In this document: in pieces, positions 1 through 10,254 of the stretch | Layout of the letters: every line of letters starts with the position of its first letter | Numbering within the stretch: position 1 is the stretch's first letter | Source of the DNA: Minisyncoccia bacterium | GTDB lineage: Bacteria; Patescibacteriota; Minisyncoccia; UBA6257; 2-01-FULL-56-20 | Assembly: GCA_050015515.1 (NCBI GenBank) | Contig: JBEKBG010000001.1 | Span: 6,028-70,027, forward strand | Direction of reading: 5' to 3' | Length of the DNA: 64,000 nt | Translations under genes and position numbers: made by a program | Notes under the pieces: model-generated | The model's database searches: none | What the model was told of the DNA's origin: nothing | The model's input: only the letters and a program-made list of their open reading frames with translations

Positions 1-717
1 GTAGATCGCCCGATACGAATCGGTGACGAAGCAGTCCTGCAAGCCCGGAGGAAGCGGTATGCTGATGGAAAATGGAATGGGCCCTGTCGCTTTGAACCAT
101 GCAGCGATCCGACCGCTTAATTTTCCCAAGGGTCCTGTAAGTCCCCGCGCGTGGAGTTTGTTGATCCGCTCGCGATCATCGAACGTAAGCGGACGATACG
201 CCTCAAGGTTTGAGGAATACAGTTGCACGCCCACGGCCCAACCTTCAGCCGCTTCGAAACGATACAAAAGAATCGTATCGAAATGAGTGTCGTTTTCGTC
301 GATCAGCGGCTGGTCGAGCGTGACGAGGAAGCTGTCGAACGGCCAGTTCACTTCGGACCAACGAATGCCGTCGAGCGACGTAAGAGAGAGCAATGTAAGC
401 AACTCCTCGGTCAGGTGGAAAACCCGCCGTGAATTTCTGCTCCACTCACTTAGCCCAAGCGGAAAATTATGCAGTGGCCCGAAGGCGACGCCATGAAGAT
501 ACTTCTCGTCAATCTCATCAGCGGAAGCTCCGCGCAAGAGATCGCCGCGAAAATTATTCCAGTTGATGACAGCTCCTTCAAGCGGGGTGGGCTCGCCTTC
601 GATCTTTTGACCGAGGGTAACGAGCATCCGCTCAAGATGAGCCAAACGATTGGTCATGAAGCAGGTGTCCTCCCAAAGCCGCAAGGCCTGATCGAGACGC
701 CGCACGAGAAACTTCAT
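1..717 (-). CDS. Hypothetical protein, running off the left edge of the window (MKFLVRRLDQALRLWEDT...)
   Basis: Read manually: ATG at 717 preceded by GGAGG, and an open frame with no stop down to position 1. It is absent from the ORF track because no stop lies in the window. Confidence 0.75.
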   Translation of the reverse strand, partial: MKFLVRRLDQALRLWEDTCFMTNRLAHLERMLVTLGQKIEGEPTPLEGAVINWNNFRGDLLRGASADEIDEKYLHGVAFGPLHNFPLGLSEWSRNSRRVFHLTEELLTLLSLTSLDGIRWSEVNWPFDSFLVTLDQPLIDENDTHFDTILLYRFEAAEGWAVGVQLYSSNLEAYRPLTFDDRERINKLHARGLTGPLGKLSGRIAAWFKATGPIPFSISIPLPPGLQDCFVTDSYRAIY

Positions 718-764
718 ATTGCCTCCGCGAATCTGGTGGATTTTTGAATCAAGAAACTGGCATG

Positions 765-803
765 ATTATAGCATTTGACGGCTAATTTGTAAAGTGGTAT
801 AAT
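765..803. promoter_or_regulatory. Overlapping divergent sigma70 promoters
   Basis: Plus strand TTGACG(775-780)-17 nt-TATAAT(798-803). Minus strand TTTACA-17 nt-TATAAT (765-770). Confidence 0.7.
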
Positions 804-856
804 CTCCGAGGAATTAGAGCTCTCGGCACCTTACCAGTTTCATTAGGAGAAATCTC

Positions 857-1420
857 ATGCGGATGGGAATGGGGACGTACTGTCGCCCGATGCCTGTGTT
901 ACGCCTCGAGTTGAGGCCGCGCTGTGGCACCTGCTTGCAACGTTTCGGCGAGGATCAAAAACCCCGTCGTCGCGATTGGCAAATCCAAGACCTCGAACGT
1001 CGCGGAAATGCAATCTATCAACCCTGCTTGGAATGCGCTAAGGCCGTTCCCAAACCCGAGAGCCGCAGATACCGGCAACGCGCACGAAAGTTCGCTAAGG
1101 AACTTCTCGGCGAGAAAACTGCCAACGAGCAGCGGCTCAAGGAGTTTGAGGCGAACAAGGACTGGCCAGCCGATACCAAAAGCTTGGTTGGCGTCTACTG
1201 GGTCCGTGATTGTCCAAATTGCGGCGACCTCATGGAAGCCAATCTCGGCGACTACTTCGAGTGCGTCCGCTGCCGCCTCCAGATCTGCATCGCTGGCGAG
1301 GTCAGAATTATTCGGCACAAGGGCCTCGGATTGTTCAGGAGGGAAGGCGTCGAAGCCAAGACATTCCCGGTACCCCAAGACGTTTGCGGGATGATCGCAG
1401 TCGACGAACGAGTGGCATAG
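857..1420 (+). CDS. Hypothetical protein with several CxxC (zinc-ribbon) motifs
   Basis: AGGAG RBS; CGTC, CLEC, CPNC and CVRC motifs; followed by a terminator. Confidence 0.7.
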   Translation: MRMGMGTYCRPMPVLRLELRPRCGTCLQRFGEDQKPRRRDWQIQDLERRGNAIYQPCLECAKAVPKPESRRYRQRARKFAKELLGEKTANEQRLKEFEANKDWPADTKSLVGVYWVRDCPNCGDLMEANLGDYFECVRCRLQICIAGEVRIIRHKGLGLFRREGVEAKTFPVPQDVCGMIAVDERVA

Positions 1421-1435
1421 TCAGAACCATCAGCA

Positions 1436-1477
1436 AGTGGCGGGCGCAGTTAATATCTGCGACCCGCCATTTTTTTA
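1436..1477 (+). terminator. Intrinsic terminator
   Basis: tggcgggcgcag...ctgcgacccgcca stem followed by a T run. Confidence 0.65.
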
Positions 1478-1573
1478 TTAAGATCTTCAGTTATTTTTAT
1501 AAAAATAGGCCCCGTTGTTTCACGGGGCCCTCTTGAATGCCTTGGGTCAATCTTTTTCTGGCGACCTGGCACA

Positions 1574-2737
1574 TTAGTGTTCTGAATACGACACCTTCCT
1601 CTGCCGCGGCAAAAATCGTAGATGCCGCTTCTCTTCATCTATCAGAAGAAAAAGTCGATGTTCTCTCCCTGCGCGAACGATTTTCCATCCCAGCATTTCT
1701 TGGTCTATCATGACCCTTTTTATCTGCTGACGCTGGGCGGTTTTCAATCTGGTAACCATCATTAGCTGGCTATACACTTTCGCTGTAGGAAGGTTGGGAT
1801 AAGCTGCCCTTTCCAAAGCGGTTTGAAGACATGCCAAGAATTTTTCCTTTTCCGTAGGCAACTCCTGGCCTTCTTCGTTTTCGTTGAATGTCAACCAGAA
1901 TCTCCACGCTGGCATCGGAACCACAGCACGTTCCTCTACTGAAGCGACAGAAACACGGGACCGCATGCGACGCCGCTTACCGTTGCCCACTTGAGTGTGA
2001 TCCAAAGCGGGCGATGGCGGGAACAGATCGATGAGATTGTCAGTCGGAAAACGAACTTGATACCGACGGACAATATCATCCTTGTAGGAAGGCCCGTGTT
2101 TCAAGACCCATTCCAAATGGCCTCGACTTTGAGTCGACCACTCCACCTGATTGGTGCGGTGTTCCAGAACCTTGCCCTCTGCTTGGCGGAGAGCGTCCTC
2201 AAGACAATGCCGCACTTGGCGATAATGTTCTTCGAGCTTCTTAATGCTCTCATTCACTTCGTCAAACGCCCGCTGTCTTTCTCGTTGCTCACTCTCGGCC
2301 TCGGCCTCCATTTGTTGGTAGAGTTTTCCCACCTCTTCGATGGGTGCCTCGAGCTCAAAGACCATTCTTTTTTCCTGCCCCCGTATGTACTCGGGAGCAC
2401 CGAGCTTTTCGAGCGTTGCAAGACGTTTTCGACGCTCACCTAATTGACGGGCGATGCCTTGCTGTGTACCCAGATCAGTTAAGGCCCTCCTTCTTTTTAG
2501 GGTGCGCTGATGTCTTTCGCTTGTTGCTTCGATGTCCTCCTTATGGAAGTGAATCGTGCTGCCCAACCGCGCGGCCTCGTCTTTGAGTTTCTGTTTTTCC
2601 TCAAGAAGCTTTTTCATTTCCAGCTCTTGTGGCAAAGAAGAAAGCTTCCGTCTTAATTGCTCCGCCTCGCCCATAAGTCGTTGCCGCTCATGCAAGAGGC
2701 GTTCCCACTCGGGTAAAAACTGCTCAGCGGTGTCCAT
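1574..2737 (-). CDS. Long coiled-coil protein with C-terminal RelE/ParE-like segment
   Basis: AAGGAGG before ATG 2737; E/K/L/R-rich heptads; C-terminus GWKIVRAGREHRLFLLIDEEKRHLRF resembles the RelE-fold end. Confidence 0.6.
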   Translation of the reverse strand: MDTAEQFLPEWERLLHERQRLMGEAEQLRRKLSSLPQELEMKKLLEEKQKLKDEAARLGSTIHFHKEDIEATSERHQRTLKRRRALTDLGTQQGIARQLGERRKRLATLEKLGAPEYIRGQEKRMVFELEAPIEEVGKLYQQMEAEAESEQRERQRAFDEVNESIKKLEEHYRQVRHCLEDALRQAEGKVLEHRTNQVEWSTQSRGHLEWVLKHGPSYKDDIVRRYQVRFPTDNLIDLFPPSPALDHTQVGNGKRRRMRSRVSVASVEERAVVPMPAWRFWLTFNENEEGQELPTEKEKFLACLQTALERAAYPNLPTAKVYSQLMMVTRLKTAQRQQIKRVMIDQEMLGWKIVRAGREHRLFLLIDEEKRHLRFLPRQRKVSYSEH

Positions 2738-2824
2738 CCGTATCCTCCTTTCTTTTGTCAAATTGCGATGCTGCCATAGCAAATGAGAGATCCCAAATCT
2801 GCTTTGACGTAAACATAATACCAC

Positions 2825-2853
2825 TTGACGTATTGTTAGTCAAATGCTATAAT
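2825..2853 (+). promoter_or_regulatory. sigma70 promoter
   Basis: TTGACG-17 nt-TATAAT with TG extension. Confidence 0.7.
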
Positions 2854-2883
2854 TGCCTCGTTCTTTACTAGGAGGTGCTCGTC

Positions 2884-3264
2884 ATGGATGAGCTCGATAA
2901 AGGCGTAAATCGCATAGCCAACGCAGTGGCAGGGAAGAATATCAGGGATTTGTTTGATCCCGACAGTCCCCGCCATTGCAAGAACTGCAAACAAACGGCC
3001 GATTCGGATCATGTGTTCTGTATGTGGTGCGGCCAACACAATCCCAACTTCGACCGGGAAAGCTTCCGCGATACGTACGGCACGACCAACATCGCGGACG
3101 TGCGGCTGGAAAAATGCGGAGAATACCATGCGGAAGCCATTGCCTATTTCGGCGAGGAATACAAAATGTTCCCCGATGACGAAACAGGACCATATGTCCA
3201 CCCTCGGTATTGCACTCTGTGCGGCAGAGACCTAATGCCGAAGGACTTCGTCGCCACAGCATAG
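2884..3264 (+). CDS. Hypothetical double zinc-ribbon protein
   Basis: AGGAGG RBS; CKNC, CMWC and CTLC motifs. Confidence 0.7.
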   Translation: MDELDKGVNRIANAVAGKNIRDLFDPDSPRHCKNCKQTADSDHVFCMWCGQHNPNFDRESFRDTYGTTNIADVRLEKCGEYHAEAIAYFGEEYKMFPDDETGPYVHPRYCTLCGRDLMPKDFVATA

Positions 3265-3568
3265 CGCCGACACTAATCTAACCCGTAGCGCAAGCTACTC
3301 GCTGACCGAGAACGGTCATTTTTTACATTCCTACCAAACAGGTTCTGACATCCTTCACCCAGGCACCCCCCCCTATTTCCCAATCTTCCCTTTCCCGGCT
3401 GAGCGTTTCACGCCGCCGCTTTTCATGTGCTTGAACATTTCAACCTGGCCGAGGCGATGATTCGCTTCGACTTTTGTGGCATAACTTCCAAACGAACGCC
3501 CGGTTTTCTCCGAGAGCACTACATATTTCCCTTTGATTTTTTTGATCATTGATGCCGCTATTTTTAGC

Positions 3569-3964
3569 CTATTCCGTCGTCTTGCCGTCGAACGGCTTGT
3601 CTCCGGCTACCGCATCTGCTTTTGTTTTATAGATAATATTTTCCTCGTGATCCGGTGGTGAATAGACGGTGTATAGCTTCATCGGATCCGTAGGCGAGGT
3701 ATTGATAATATTGTGCCGCGTCCCCGCAGGAACGATGATCGCAAATCCGTCGCCAATGGCGTGAGTCACTCCATCAAGAACCGCTTTGCCCGTTCCCTTT
3801 TCAATGCGCAGGAATTGATCAAGCCCATGCACTTCTTCACCAATCTCTTCTCCTGGAAGCAAGCTCATCAGGACGAGCTGGCTGTAATGCGCCGTGTAAA
3901 GCACCTTGCGGAAATTATCGTTTCCTTCAGCCAACTGCTCAATGTTATCGACAAATCCCTTCAT
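3569..3964 (-). CDS. Cupin domain protein
   Basis: FRKVLYT..SQLVLMSL.PGEEIGEEVH..DQF...VPAGTRHN cupin motifs. Confidence 0.9.
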   Translation of the reverse strand: MKGFVDNIEQLAEGNDNFRKVLYTAHYSQLVLMSLLPGEEIGEEVHGLDQFLRIEKGTGKAVLDGVTHAIGDGFAIIVPAGTRHNIINTSPTDPMKLYTVYSPPDHEENIIYKTKADAVAGDKPFDGKTTE

Positions 3965-3974
3965 TATCATAGGA

Positions 3975-4118
3975 CTATTTATTTTCTCTTTGTTGCTCCG
4001 CTGCCTTGTCGTGCTGTCGTGCTGCCGCCTCATTGGCTTCAGCGGCATTTTCCCTGGTTTCGTCGGCTTGTTGATTTGCCTTTTGAGCGTCTGCGTCCGT
4101 GCTCCGTGTATCGGGCAT
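3975..4118 (-). CDS. Small hydrophilic Ala/Glu/Gln-rich protein
   Basis: MPDTRSTDADAQKANQQADE..., co-oriented within the small operon. Confidence 0.55.
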   Translation of the reverse strand: MPDTRSTDADAQKANQQADETRENAAEANEAAARQHDKAAEQQRENK

Positions 4119-4135
4119 ATTATTATTTATTAGAT

Positions 4136-4288
4136 TTATTTTAGTGGATTCTCTCCATGAATGATTCTGATCAGAAATAGGATTATGGCGGCGACAAGAA
4201 GCACATAGATGAACCCTCCTAACGTGTACGAGGTAACAATGCCCAACAACCACAGCACAAGAAGAATGACAGCGATAGTAACTAACAT
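4136..4288 (-). CDS. lmo0937-family small membrane protein (50 aa)
   Basis: Read manually: MLVTIAVILLVLWLLGIVTSYTLGGFIYVLLVAAIILFLIRIIHGENPLK. Confidence 0.85.
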   Translation of the reverse strand: MLVTIAVILLVLWLLGIVTSYTLGGFIYVLLVAAIILFLIRIIHGENPLK

Positions 4289-4304
4289 AGGTAAATTATT
4301 TTAT

Positions 4305-4655
4305 TTATTTTTCGTCGAGTTTCGCCGCCGCCTCAGGGGTGGAAACGGTCTTGCTCATCGTGAACAAACTCACAATGCCCCATGCGATGAGAAGGTAGAC
4401 GACCATCGCAAGGAGGGTGGTCCACTCAAAGACCTTGCCGGCGACAACGGTCGGTTGGAACACCGCGATGAAGGGTTGCGCGAACGGCCAGCTTATTGCA
4501 TAGATGAAATCGGTAAATCCGGCGCCCGCATTCGCTCCTGCGAGCCGCAAAAAGAACCGAAATGCGAGGATTATCTCAAGTAACGCACAAATGTACCAAA
4601 CGATCTGCGTCCCCCGAAACAGCGGCTTAGTGGTCGGAGAGTTGTATGAATCCAT
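4305..4655 (-). CDS. YggT-family membrane protein
   Basis: LEIILAFRFFLRLAGAN..FTDFIY.IS.PF..PF pattern. Confidence 0.8.
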   Translation of the reverse strand: MDSYNSPTTKPLFRGTQIVWYICALLEIILAFRFFLRLAGANAGAGFTDFIYAISWPFAQPFIAVFQPTVVAGKVFEWTTLLAMVVYLLIAWGIVSLFTMSKTVSTPEAAAKLDEK

Positions 4656-4760
4656 GGTTATAAAATAAGATTGCGACCTTTTAGCTCTACTCTATAAGAT
4701 TGAGCCGTCCGGATCATGAGTCTATTACATATAAGAATCGGACCGGTGCAAGCCTAGTAT

Positions 4761-4997
4761 TTACAGGCCATTCCCGAGATCCTCGATTTCTGCTTTTATA
4801 TCCTCGAACACCGAGGCAAGCTCGGCAGGTGTCGGATTGAATCCCGGCGCGCCGTCGTTCACACGGGGAAGATCGGAGATGCTCGCATTGAGCTCATCGC
4901 TCTGTTCGGCCATCACGTTGGACATTTTTTTTAGAATCGCGGGGGTTCCTGCGACCTCCTCGACTCCCACTTCTTTTTTATTTTCGAGATTTTCCAT
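4761..4997 (-). CDS. Hypothetical small acidic protein
   Basis: 78-aa ORF co-oriented in the cluster. Confidence 0.55.
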   Translation of the reverse strand: MENLENKKEVGVEEVAGTPAILKKMSNVMAEQSDELNASISDLPRVNDGAPGFNPTPAELASVFEDIKAEIEDLGNGL

Positions 4998-5069
4998 GTT
5001 TATGCGAACCGGTTTTCATGTCGCCAACATTCGCCTTATATAGCATAGGGAATCGCACGACAAAGCGCG

Positions 5070-5582
5070 TTACCGTGTACCATATAACAACCTCAATTTC
5101 TCGAGTCCGCGGTGGGCCTGCACGGCGATGGCATTCTTTGATTGCCCGGTGATGAGCGCCATCTCTTTGAGTGAAAGTTCGTACACGTAGCGCATGCGCA
5201 TCACTTTTTGATACGCAACCGGAAGCCGTGCGATCAAAAGCAGAGCCGCCTTTCCATCAAGCGCATCGTAAAAGCGTGCCGAGTTTCCCGTGTTCGGCTC
5301 GAACCCTTTTTCTATCAACACGTCGAGTGGGATTGTTTTGCGTTTCCGATATTCGTCCACGATGAGGTTATTGAGCACGTGATAGAGGAACGCCTTCATC
5401 ACATCGATCTTTCCGCCACGCACAAGATAGCTCCATGTTTTTACGAAGGTGTCCTGCACGAGATCGTTCCCCATCGCGTGGTCATGCAGCTTAAAGTACG
5501 CGTGCGCATTAAGCCCCTTCTCGAAATCCATATGAGCGAGGGTAAGCGCCGCATGCCGTTTTGCTTCCTGCCTTGGGGTCAT
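5070..5582 (-). CDS. ECF-type RNA polymerase sigma factor
   Basis: Region 2 DLVQDTFVKTW..KAFLY..LNNLIVDEYRK; region 4 LSLKEMALITG..NAIAV..HRGL. Confidence 0.88.
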   Translation of the reverse strand: MTPRQEAKRHAALTLAHMDFEKGLNAHAYFKLHDHAMGNDLVQDTFVKTWSYLVRGGKIDVMKAFLYHVLNNLIVDEYRKRKTIPLDVLIEKGFEPNTGNSARFYDALDGKAALLLIARLPVAYQKVMRMRYVYELSLKEMALITGQSKNAIAVQAHRGLEKLRLLYGTR

Positions 5583-5719
5583 TATATAGTAGATAAGCCG
5601 CGCAGAACTGACCATTATTACACTATTACACGTCATGGTCATACTGAACCTTCAGTATGACCCCTTATTGCCGCAATAGCGAATCGTAATGCTTCTAATC
5701 CTCCTGCGTCTACATAGCT

Positions 5720-6286
5720 ATGGAAACAATTAATGACGGGATAGCGCAACGGGGGGCGGTTGTCGGTGCGGATTTTTTCGACAGCCTATGGGAGGAAAGT
5801 TGGGCATATATCAAAACCGTCGTGGACATCGTGCGGGAACCCGTGCTGATCCTCGATAAGGACCTGCACGTGATGGTGGCCAACGAATCGTTCTATCGGA
5901 CATTCCAGGTGGAATCGAAAGATACCGAAAAGAAATTGGTATACGACCTCGGCGACGGGCAATGGAATATCCCCTCCCTGCGAAAACTGCTCGACGATAT
6001 CCTCCCGAAGAATACGTTCTTCAAGGGATTTGAAGTCATTCACGAATTCCCCGTGATCGGCCGCAAGGTGATGATACTGAACGCGCGTCAGATCCATTCA
6101 AAGCAATTTCCACCGATCATCCTCCTCGCGATGGAAGACGTGACGGAAATGATGGCGGTGGCGGAGACGCTCGCCGGGCATGCGAATGCCGCGGAATTGC
6201 GGTTTGCGGAAAAGACGCAAAAGCTGGAGCTTCATATCGGAAAGCTTGAAGAAGAGATAAATGAGCTGAAAAAGAGAGCAGCGTAA
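5720..6286 (+). CDS. Stand-alone PAS-domain protein with C-terminal coiled coil
   Basis: IVREPVLILDKDLHV..ANESFY.TF...GQWNIP.LR.LL pattern, similar to the PAS domains of CheB/CheR fusions. Confidence 0.8.
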   Translation: METINDGIAQRGAVVGADFFDSLWEESWAYIKTVVDIVREPVLILDKDLHVMVANESFYRTFQVESKDTEKKLVYDLGDGQWNIPSLRKLLDDILPKNTFFKGFEVIHEFPVIGRKVMILNARQIHSKQFPPIILLAMEDVTEMMAVAETLAGHANAAELRFAEKTQKLELHIGKLEEEINELKKRAA

Positions 6287-6304
6287 TCTCCGCACCCAGG
6301 CGCG

Positions 6305-6802
6305 TTATGCCGCCTTTACAAACTTCCCCACAACGACGCCGATCACAATCGCCGCACCGCCGAGCAACATCATCTTTATGGCGTGGCGCCACATCTTTAC
6401 CTTCACGATCCTCGCACTGATCATCCCCACTATCAAAAGTGCGAGCAACGACAACCCGACGGAGCACCACAACGCGGCGCTTAGCCCGAAGACGACATAC
6501 GGAACGATCGGGATGAACGACGCGAGGATGAACGTGATGAACATCACGAGACCCGCAGTGAATGGCCCCGCTTCGGAGGTCTCTCCTTTCGCCTCATATT
6601 CTTCCGCGGACTGCTCCGAGAGGAAACTTCCCACCGCCATGGAAAACGCTTCCACGAAGGCGTAGACGATGCCCGTCAGGATGATCGCATGCCGTGCCGT
6701 GCCGGCGACGTCAATGCCGGCGAGCAGGCCCACGGTGGAAACAAGACTGTCCGAAATACCAAAAACGATATTGCGGAGATAAAGCTCTGTCTGTTTATGC
6801 AT
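6305..6802 (-). CDS. VIT1/CCC1-family transporter
   Basis: VFGISDSLVSTVGLLAG and AFSMAVGSFLSE motifs. Confidence 0.85.
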   Translation of the reverse strand: MHKQTELYLRNIVFGISDSLVSTVGLLAGIDVAGTARHAIILTGIVYAFVEAFSMAVGSFLSEQSAEEYEAKGETSEAGPFTAGLVMFITFILASFIPIVPYVVFGLSAALWCSVGLSLLALLIVGMISARIVKVKMWRHAIKMMLLGGAAIVIGVVVGKFVKAA

Positions 6803-6915
6803 AAGAGAAGTATATCAGGTTTACGGACTTCTTTTTGACCATCGGCGAAAATCTTTATATAATTGTAGTACATTAATTAACTTCCCGTCGCACACGCGTG
6901 CGCGCGCTACTCCCC

Positions 6916-8745
6916 ATGTCCAACCTTACCAAAAATATCATCTGGGCCATCATCACGCTGATCGTCATCTCGCTCATCTTCTCGTATTTTGTCGGGCCGA
7001 CCAAACAACCGACGACGCTTAACCTGGACCAACTGGTGGCGGATATCAACAACAACCAGATCAAGCAGATAAAAGTGAACGGTGATGAGCTTAACGTCAC
7101 GATGTCCGACGGTAGCGCGGCGGTGGCGCAGAAAGAAGATGGCGTGAGCATCACCGACACGCTGAAAAATTTGGGCGTCAACCAGTCGGCGATACAAAAT
7201 GTGGATCTCGAGATCGTGAACCAGTCCGGCTGGGAATATTGGGCGGGTATCTTGATCGATCCGCTCCTCACGCTCCTTATTATCGGCTTCTTCTTTTGGT
7301 TCATGTTCCGGCAGGCAAAGACCGGCGTCAACCAGGCATTCCAATTCGGTCGCTCCAATCTCAAGCTCTCAACGGTAAAAGATAAGGTGATGTTCAAGGA
7401 CGTCGCGGGATTGAAAGAGGCGAAAGAAGAATTGATAGAGGTCGTGGACTTTTTAAAAAATCCACAAAAGTTTTTGGATCTCGGCGCGCGCATCCCGCGC
7501 GGCATTTTGCTGATGGGGCCTCCGGGCACCGGTAAGACGCTCGTCGCGCGTGCGGTGGCAGGCGAGAGCAATGTTCCCTTCTTCTATATATCAGCATCCG
7601 AGTTTGTGGAAATGTTCGTCGGCGTCGGCGCCTCGCGCACGCGCGACGCCTTCATGCAGGCCAAGCGCGCTTCGCCCGCCATCCTATTCATCGATGAAAT
7701 CGATGCCGTCGGCCGCCAGCGCGGCGCCGGCATGGGAGGTGGCAGCGATGAACGCGAGCAGACCCTCAATCAGATCCTCGTCGAGATGGACGGCTTCGAC
7801 CGTGACACGCGCGTGATCGTCCTTGCGGCCACCAACCGCCCGGATATTTTGGATCCGGCATTGCTCCGCCCCGGTCGCTTCGACCGCCGCGTCATCCTTG
7901 ATCTCCCCGACATGAACGACCGCGAGGCGATCCTCCGCATCCACAGCGAGGGCAAAACGTTAGAAAAGAACGTCGATCTCCGCCGCGTCGCGGGACGCAC
8001 ACCGGGTTTCTCCGGCGCCGACCTTGCGAACTTGATGAATGAGGCCGCCATCGCAAGCGCGCGGCACAATAAAAAATCGATCGGCCAAGCCGAACTTTTT
8101 GAGGCCGCCGAAAAAGTGATCATGGGACCGGAGCGCAAAAGCCGCGTTATCTCGCAAAAAGAAAAAGAGATCACCGCGTACCACGAAGGCGGCCACGCGC
8201 TCGTCGCCGCAGCCGTCAAAGACGCCGATCCGGTGCAAAAAGTTTCCATCATCTCGCGCGGATTCGCCGGCGGATACACCATGAAACTCCCGATGGAAGA
8301 CCAGCATATTAAAACGCGTTCGCAGTTCATGGCTGACCTTGCCATGATGATGGGCGGCCACGTCTCGGAGAAGCTCACCTTCGGCGACGTCTCTACCGGG
8401 GCGTCGAGCGATCTCAAAGAAGCGTCCGAACTCGCGCGGCGCATGGTCACAAAGTACGGCATGAGCGAGCTCGGCCCGATCGTCTTCGGCAAGAGCGAAC
8501 AGATGATGTTTCTCGGCCAGGAAATTTCCAACGACAAAAATTATTCCGAGCGCGTCGCGTCGGAGATCGATGGGCAGATCCGCAAACTCCTCATCCACGC
8601 CCAGGATGTCGCGGAAAGAATATTGAAGACGCACAAGGCCGCGCTCAAAAAGATCGCCGATACGCTGATAGAAAAAGAAGTTTTGGAACAGGACGATTTC
8701 AACGCGGTGCTGAAGCCGTTCAAGATAAAACCGATCGCTGCCTAA
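6916..8745 (+). CDS. ftsH: ATP-dependent zinc metalloprotease FtsH
   Basis: Two TM helices, [25 protein letters not shown] and HEGGH. Confidence 0.98.
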   Translation: MSNLTKNIIWAIITLIVISLIFSYFVGPTKQPTTLNLDQLVADINNNQIKQIKVNGDELNVTMSDGSAAVAQKEDGVSITDTLKNLGVNQSAIQNVDLEIVNQSGWEYWAGILIDPLLTLLIIGFFFWFMFRQAKTGVNQAFQFGRSNLKLSTVKDKVMFKDVAGLKEAKEELIEVVDFLKNPQKFLDLGARIPRGILLMGPPGTGKTLVARAVAGESNVPFFYISASEFVEMFVGVGASRTRDAFMQAKRASPAILFIDEIDAVGRQRGAGMGGGSDEREQTLNQILVEMDGFDRDTRVIVLAATNRPDILDPALLRPGRFDRRVILDLPDMNDREAILRIHSEGKTLEKNVDLRRVAGRTPGFSGADLANLMNEAAIASARHNKKSIGQAELFEAAEKVIMGPERKSRVISQKEKEITAYHEGGHALVAAAVKDADPVQKVSIISRGFAGGYTMKLPMEDQHIKTRSQFMADLAMMMGGHVSEKLTFGDVSTGASSDLKEASELARRMVTKYGMSELGPIVFGKSEQMMFLGQEISNDKNYSERVASEIDGQIRKLLIHAQDVAERILKTHKAALKKIADTLIEKEVLEQDDFNAVLKPFKIKPIAA

Positions 8746-8764
8746 GGAATAGAAAAAAGCGGCA

Positions 8765-9289
8765 TCACCATCGTGACGCCGCCCAGGATATCCGATCTCT
8801 CTTATCGGCTTCGATTTCAAAACGAACCCCCTCGCGATCGCGTGCTTCTTTCAGGAGATCTTCCCAAGACCAGCATCCAAAACGCGGGGGCAAAAGGCGG
8901 AGCGCGGTAGTCAAAATATTTTGTTCCACAGACAGCGGCTGCTCGGAGATCTTCGCATCCTGCTCGTACCACAGCCGTAGAGATCCAAGGATCATCATCG
9001 CCAAATCCTGATCGCTCACGAGATCAAGACGAGGCAGTGGCAATTGCTGCTCAAGGAATATTCCAACGCGCCGCCGCGATGGCAATCCTGCCTCACCTTG
9101 GATGTCAAAAATAGTGAATTCTGAGATGTCTATATTAGGCCTTGGCAACAAATCCATCGCGGCCTCAAGAAGCGTGCTTCTCACTGAGCGGCCGCATGAT
9201 ACGCCGCCCGCATCCTGAATCCCCCAAAGGAGACTCAGCGTCAACCTCGCCAGCCCAATATGGGCAAGTCCGGACAGTACCTCTGCCAT
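8765..9289 (-). CDS. Hypothetical protein
   Basis: 174-aa ORF with AAGGAG upstream. Confidence 0.6.
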   Translation of the reverse strand: MAEVLSGLAHIGLARLTLSLLWGIQDAGGVSCGRSVRSTLLEAAMDLLPRPNIDISEFTIFDIQGEAGLPSRRRVGIFLEQQLPLPRLDLVSDQDLAMMILGSLRLWYEQDAKISEQPLSVEQNILTTALRLLPPRFGCWSWEDLLKEARDREGVRFEIEADKRDRISWAASRW

Positions 9290-9344
9290 AAGAGAGTCTC
9301 CTTCGCTGACTCCATCCTACCCTAAAGATTAAATTCAAACAATG

Positions 9345-9416
9345 TGGGCGCACTAGGACTCGAACCTAGAACCGGACGTGTATAAGACGTCTGCTCTGCC
9401 ATTGAGCTATACGCCC
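9345..9416 (-). tRNA. tRNA-Ile, anticodon TAT (UAU)
   Basis: GGGCGTA/TGCGCCC acceptor stem, GACGT-CTTATAC-ACGTC anticodon arm, CTAGG-TTCGAGT-CCTAG T arm, A73; CCA not encoded. Confidence 0.92.
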
Positions 9417-9454
9417 ATTCCCCTATTCAGACTAAAAGATTATCCGTAATAAGT

Positions 9455-9569
9455 AAATAAAAATCATAGTGTTTTGAAGGGTGTCGCGGAGGCACGAAGG
9501 TGCCGAGCGCCAAGGCGCGCGCCCAGCAGGGCGCGACGCCGTCCCTTCAAAGCACTGTGGTTTTTATTT
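9455..9569. repeat. Long palindrome, family B loop
   Basis: 27-bp arms 9455-9481/9543-9569 (3 G:T mismatches) around a two-stem cassette. One arm includes the last codon and stop of the adjacent gene. Confidence 0.85.
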
Positions 9570-10157
9570 CTCTATACTATCAAATTTATCCATCGCCTGC
9601 CCGGCCGTCGTGTTAAAGTTGTTGATCATATTCACGTCGGCGTTGATCTGGCTCACAATGTTCGCCACCTCGGTGTTCGGCTGGGGCGTACCGCTGAACC
9701 GTGATTGGAGCACGGCCAAGAGATGGTCGAGATCGTTGCTGTAAGTGATGAGCTCGTTGATGACCGCCAGCCGATTCGTCATGGACTGCACCGCCGCCTG
9801 CTGCGCGTCCGCCGATTTGATGTTCGGGATGTCCGTCGACATCTGCTGCACCTGCGCGGCGAGCTGCACTGCTTCATTACGCAACCCCGCGCTCTGGTTG
9901 ATGAGCGCCGTCGTTGAAGCGAGCGCGTCCGTGTAGTCACCCTCCTGATCGTACTTGTTGATCGCATTCAATTCGTCCGTTGACTGGTTGGAATCGTTGA
10001 CGATCGTCTGCGCGATGATGGCCCCTTGAACCCGTGCCGCAGTGAAGCTTGCCGGCACCCCATTCTGCCATTGCCAGAACAAGACAAGGCCGTATCCCAC
10101 CGCAACGATGATAATAAAAGCCGCAATGATCTTGGTGCGACGGGAAAATGTGGACAT
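9564..10157 (-). CDS. Membrane-anchored helical hypothetical protein
   Basis: N-terminal TM segment followed by an amphipathic helical domain. Confidence 0.8.
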   Translation of the reverse strand: MSTFSRRTKIIAAFIIIVAVGYGLVLFWQWQNGVPASFTAARVQGAIIAQTIVNDSNQSTDELNAINKYDQEGDYTDALASTTALINQSAGLRNEAVQLAAQVQQMSTDIPNIKSADAQQAAVQSMTNRLAVINELITYSNDLDHLLAVLQSRFSGTPQPNTEVANIVSQINADVNMINNFNTTAGQAMDKFDSIEK

Positions 10158-10254
10158 ATTGGATTATCTATTTTTAGCAAAAATCATTGAAAAAAGCAAG
10201 AAGGAATGGTAAATTGAATCACGCAGATCGGTGTGCGCCACGTGGCGGCGCATC

